Assembly (NCBI GenBank): GCA_002869205.1
Contig: PKTJ01000023.1
Coordinates: 1-48,440, forward strand
Reading direction: 5' to 3'
DNA from: Candidatus Parcubacteria bacterium
GTDB taxonomy: Bacteria; Patescibacteriota; Patescibacteriia; Magasanikbacterales; UBA922
DNA length: 48,440 nt
Below are positions 44,710-48,440 of the stretch, one piece after another. Position numbers and translations under genes: made by a program. The notes beneath the pieces are model-generated. The model was not told where the DNA came from, searched no databases, and saw nothing but the letters and a program-made list of their open reading frames with translations. The first letter of the stretch is position 1. Every line of letters begins with the position of its first letter.

Positions 44710-47661
44710 TTACAATTGTCTAAATTCACAAATTTCTTTGAAATCGCAATATTTACACACATGTTTTCCTGGTGTTGGTGTGAAGTTTCCCTCTCTGATT
44801 TTTTCCATTACACCGAGGAGTTTTTGTTGTAATTTTTCCATGTCTTTGTCTTTGCCAACAAACGAGGTTTTCAGATCATCATTTACATAGTAGAAGGTTA
44901 GTTTTCCTACCTCACCAATATTTCGATATTCAGGCAATGTCTGAGCAGCAATCTGATAGATGAGAAGCTGTTGTTTGTCATCTGTGGCAAGCTTATCCTT
45001 ACCTTTTCCAGTTTTGTAGTCAATAATTTCAAGTGTGCCATCTTCTAATTTGTCTATACGATCAATACGACCATTGATGAGGTAATCCCCTACTTTGATT
45101 TTGAAGAAACCCTCAAGACTTACTGGTACTGTCCAGTTGTCTTCCTGAGAGGTGTAAAAAACTTTAAGAATATCCTTTCCTTTTTTATAATAACTCTCAC
45201 GTTGTTTTTTACTTTTATACCAGTCTCCTATCCATTTGTCCTCATACATTTCCAGAAGCTCTTCCATATTTGGCACTTTTATGCCATTCGCCTTTGTTTC
45301 TGAGGGTTTTTCAGCAGGTAGTCCGAAGAGTGAGGCTTGTTTTACATTGTTTAGTTCCTGAACACGTTCGTAAAATTCTTGCAGTGTGTTGTGAATACTA
45401 TTACCAAAACTAAATGCCGCACTACCTTTCATAGGGATTTTCAAAATATGTGCAAGTTTGTATTGATATGGGCAACGTTGATATGAATTGAGTTGAGAGA
45501 ATGAAAATTTTGATGGAGGTGTGTACTCAAATTCACCAACATCTGTTGAAGTTACTTCATTGTTAAAATGTTTCATTGTGTTTTGAGGGTCTTTGTTTTT
45601 TTCAATCACTTCCTTTCCCTCTGTGGTGAATCCGAGTTCATGCAAGAATCTACTTACTTTCTTTTGTCTCACACCCCCATAATTATCTGCACTACTAAAG
45701 AAGAGGTGTTGTTTTGCACGTGTTGCTGCTACATAAAACAGACGTCTTTCTTCTGCATAATGTATATCATTTGATTCAGGTAGAGACTCTTTTATGAGTT
45801 CGTCTGGTAAATCTATGTCTCCGCCGCGTCTCCGTGTAGGGAATCTTTCTTCTACACAATTTACTACAAAAACATATTTGTATTCCAGACCTTTGGCACC
45901 GTGAACAGTGATAATATTGACTGAATCAGGTGTGTCAGTTGGTTGATACATTTTTCCACCATCCCCTGATTCGATAATATAGTTATAATGTTCTACAAAT
46001 CCAGCCACATGTGCTCCGGGGATTGCACGTTCATAGTTTGAAATAAGATCAAAAAGTTGCTTGAGGTGATATATTTGTCTAATCACTTCTCTATTTCCTT
46101 GATTCTCTTCGTGTGTAAGATATGAAAAATAACCACTGCTTTCCATAAATTCATATAGGATCGAAGTTGGTTTTTCAAATTTTATGTGCTTCATTCCATC
46201 GTGCACCCAGGCGATTAAGTTGCTCGCAATGGTGACTCCTTCTGGTGATATATAAAATTCTTTTGATCGTTTTAGTGCCTCATAATAACTTATTGACTTC
46301 TTTTTTGCACTGGCAGTTATTTTTTGTATATCATTTTCTGTGAATTTCAAAAATGGCATGCGTAAGAGTCTATACCAGGCTCTATCATCTTGGATGTGTT
46401 CGAGGATGTTTAAAAAATTTATAGCATCAAGTACTACTGGCTGACGATAAAGTCCGGATGAGGCAATAAATTCATATGGTATACCCGAGGATTCTAATCT
46501 GCTCAAGAAAGGTTCTGTATGACTATTCGCACGCACGAGAATCGCAAAGTCATCCCAATCTGCAGATTCTTTTTCACGTATATCACTGATTTTTTGTATT
46601 ACACCAGCTACCTCATCATCGAGAGTGGAAAAATGCAAATGTTCTACATTTCCTTTAATTTTAGCCTTGGATTCAAGCTTTTTATCAAGTCCTAATTTTT
46701 CTTCTAGTCTCTCAGGATTATTATTCAAAATACTTTTGTATGCAAGATCCAAAATCTCTTGTCCCGAGCGATAGTTTTCTGTAAGTACTATTTCTTTTGC
46801 TTGTTTGTAATCTTCTTTAAACCTCATGATGATGGATACGTTTGAACCGCGAAATGCATAGATAGATTGATCGTCATCTCCCACAACAGTGAGTTGAGAA
46901 TCTTCTCCTGTCAGAAGTCTGATGAGCTGGTATTGAGCCCAGTTTACATCTTGAAATTCGTCTACAAGAATATACTTAAATCTCTCTTGAAGTTTCTTTA
47001 AAATATTTGGACGTTCTTGTAATAGCTTTACACAATAAAAAATCAGATCACCAAAGTCTAATGCCTGATTGTCTAGAAGTAACTGGTCATATGTGTGATA
47101 TGCGTTGGCGATTTCAACACGTTTATTTTTTTCTTGAATCTCCGCTTCATCTTTGTCGAGAGTCAGACCTTCTGCATATTCCAGATAATCTTTTGAAGTA
47201 ATTAATTCATCTTTTGCTTTTGAAAAATGTGAAAGTAGGGTGTGAATTTGTCCGGTTGGGTTACCGAGTGGACGATAATAATCCAAATTAAAATCATAAA
47301 TATGTTCTCTTACAAGAAGCCATGCGTCTGTTCCAGAAAGAAGTTTGAAATGTGGAGGTAATCCTAAATCTACGCCATATTCTTCGAGAAGCCTCTGACA
47401 AAAGGCGTGAAATGTGGAAATTTGAAGATCAATGTAACCTATTTCAAGCATTTCATCCACACGTTCCTGCATTTCTGCAGCAGCCTTGTCAGTAAACGTG
47501 AGAGCCAATATTTCTTCAGCCTTTGCTTTCTTGGAATCAATAAGATGGGTAATCTTTTGTGTCACCACCGTTGTCTTCCCTGTACCTGCCCCCGCAACAA
47601 TCAGAAGAGGGCCGTCGTTGTATTCGACTGCCTCGCGTTGTGCTTTGTTTAGTTTATACAT
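44710..47661 (-). CDS. UvrD/PcrA-like SF1 helicase fused to a PD-(D/E)xK nuclease with Fe-S cysteines
   Basis: AGAGTGKT, TFHAF, VDEFQD, VGDDDQSIY, EERRLFYVA.TRA; then CP, GRIDRID, IDYKTG, CKYC....IC. Confidence 0.92.
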   Translation of the reverse strand: MYKLNKAQREAVEYNDGPLLIVAGAGTGKTTVVTQKITHLIDSKKAKAEEILALTFTDKAAAEMQERVDEMLEIGYIDLQISTFHAFCQRLLEEYGVDLGLPPHFKLLSGTDAWLLVREHIYDFNLDYYRPLGNPTGQIHTLLSHFSKAKDELITSKDYLEYAEGLTLDKDEAEIQEKNKRVEIANAYHTYDQLLLDNQALDFGDLIFYCVKLLQERPNILKKLQERFKYILVDEFQDVNWAQYQLIRLLTGEDSQLTVVGDDDQSIYAFRGSNVSIIMRFKEDYKQAKEIVLTENYRSGQEILDLAYKSILNNNPERLEEKLGLDKKLESKAKIKGNVEHLHFSTLDDEVAGVIQKISDIREKESADWDDFAILVRANSHTEPFLSRLESSGIPYEFIASSGLYRQPVVLDAINFLNILEHIQDDRAWYRLLRMPFLKFTENDIQKITASAKKKSISYYEALKRSKEFYISPEGVTIASNLIAWVHDGMKHIKFEKPTSILYEFMESSGYFSYLTHEENQGNREVIRQIYHLKQLFDLISNYERAIPGAHVAGFVEHYNYIIESGDGGKMYQPTDTPDSVNIITVHGAKGLEYKYVFVVNCVEERFPTRRRGGDIDLPDELIKESLPESNDIHYAEERRLFYVAATRAKQHLFFSSADNYGGVRQKKVSRFLHELGFTTEGKEVIEKNKDPQNTMKHFNNEVTSTDVGEFEYTPPSKFSFSQLNSYQRCPYQYKLAHILKIPMKGSAAFSFGNSIHNTLQEFYERVQELNNVKQASLFGLPAEKPSETKANGIKVPNMEELLEMYEDKWIGDWYKSKKQRESYYKKGKDILKVFYTSQEDNWTVPVSLEGFFKIKVGDYLINGRIDRIDKLEDGTLEIIDYKTGKGKDKLATDDKQQLLIYQIAAQTLPEYRNIGEVGKLTFYYVNDDLKTSFVGKDKDMEKLQQKLLGVMEKIREGNFTPTPGKHVCKYCDFKEICEFRQL

Positions 47662-47715
47662 AACATTATGACAATAACGTGGAATCCAGCTCTGAGCCTC
47701 CGAGGATCCCACTTC

Positions 47716-48177
47716 TCAGAGCCGGTTATCTCCCGGCACCTTGCATACGTACTTCATGATGCGTGCGAACAGTCCAAAAGGACCAGTGTGCGTCTTGAAG
47801 TAGTAGGTGCCGTAGTTGAGCACAACGCTCGTCGTGAATGTGAGGACTGTGGGGGCGATTACGCTCCAAAACAACTCAGGTGTTTCGTTGAAGAACTGTC
47901 CAGCGAAATGCCAGGAGAATGTCGTGAGTGTGGGGATTGCTGTTCCTAGAGTGTATGACCACAGTCTGTTTTCCCAAGCGGCGAACCACTGGATTACACC
48001 GGTCATAGTGCCTGTTATTGCAACCCCTGTTACACCTGCTACAAGTCCTGCACGGAGAGATTCCTCCCAGCCGTGCGATATGTTCACAAGAGCTGTCATC
48101 GATCCAATGACAGGAAGTGCCCACCAACCGAGCCGAGGATTAAAGATGTTCTGGAAGAACCATTTGACCCAATTCAT
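47716..48177 (-). CDS. GC-rich orphan membrane protein
   Basis: 153 aa with about four TM helices; GAAGGA before the ATG; TGATACTAT extended -10 at 48207-48215; GTGG.ATCC/GGATTCCAC hairpin after the stop. Confidence 0.65.
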   Translation of the reverse strand: MNWVKWFFQNIFNPRLGWWALPVIGSMTALVNISHGWEESLRAGLVAGVTGVAITGTMTGVIQWFAAWENRLWSYTLGTAIPTLTTFSWHFAGQFFNETPELFWSVIAPTVLTFTTSVVLNYGTYYFKTHTGPFGLFARIMKYVCKVPGDNRL

Positions 48178-48237
48178 GGCCGTCCTTCAGGTGGTTAGTT
48201 ATGCATATAGTATCATATCTGGTTTGTAATATAAAGA

Positions 48238-48264
48238 AAAAGTTCTGTTGAAAACAGAACTTTT
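48238..48264. terminator. Intrinsic terminator
   Basis: AAAAGTTCTGTT-GAA-AACAGAACTTTT. Confidence 0.7.
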
Positions 48265-48283
48265 AAAAAAGATTTTCTAAGGG

Positions 48284-48328
48284 TTAGCAACCACAACCGC
48301 CGCCCCCAAGATTTTTAGGACACACCAT
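48284..48328 (-). CDS. Candidate 14-aa micropeptide MVCPKNLGGGGCGC
   Basis: ATG..TAA ORF between a TTGACC-17-CATACT promoter (48358-48386) and a terminator. Confidence 0.45.
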   Translation of the reverse strand: MVCPKNLGGGGCGC

Positions 48329-48440
48329 AGATAAATATTAATAATTAATATAAATATAGTATGATTTAAGTAAGGAGATTGGTCAATTGTGTATAAGTCT
48401 ATTAGTCAACTTTGTGAATGTTATTTTGACGTATCATTCC

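Noticed and set aside
47662..47712. GTG-started extension of the helicase
   Set aside because: Corresponds to the 3' hairpin of the upstream islet; homology starts at MYKLNKAQ

Overview
AT-rich bacterial chromosome segment, standard genetic code. The gene set, compact layout and mostly SD-less starts suggest a Patescibacteria/CPR genome (inference, not a database result). Genes lie mostly on + up to 23.4 kb and almost all on - after 24.0 kb. They converge on an AT-rich gap carrying a symmetric 11-6-11 dif-like site, so the window probably spans the replication terminus. Housekeeping content: zupT, an Rrf2-iscS-iscU-ferredoxin Fe-S locus, clpB with a CIRCE-like operator, thpR, gltX, ftsQ-like/femAB/murF-like cell-wall genes, serS, rdgB-NUDIX, lysS-HD, greA, mrdA-mreDCB, proS and a UvrD-nuclease fusion. 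Main non-routine signals: (1) small GIY-YIG nuclease genes bounded by imperfect terminal inverted repeats, with empty MITE-like relatives; (2) five GC-rich single-gene islets with their own promoters, SD-like motifs and GC-rich 3' hairpins; (3) a ~200-nt 6S-like RNA; (4) a stand-alone 14-aa Cys/Gly micropeptide unit; (5) several dispersed palindromic and short tandem repeat families, some inside coding sequence. All calls come from reading the sequence by eye; no searches were run.
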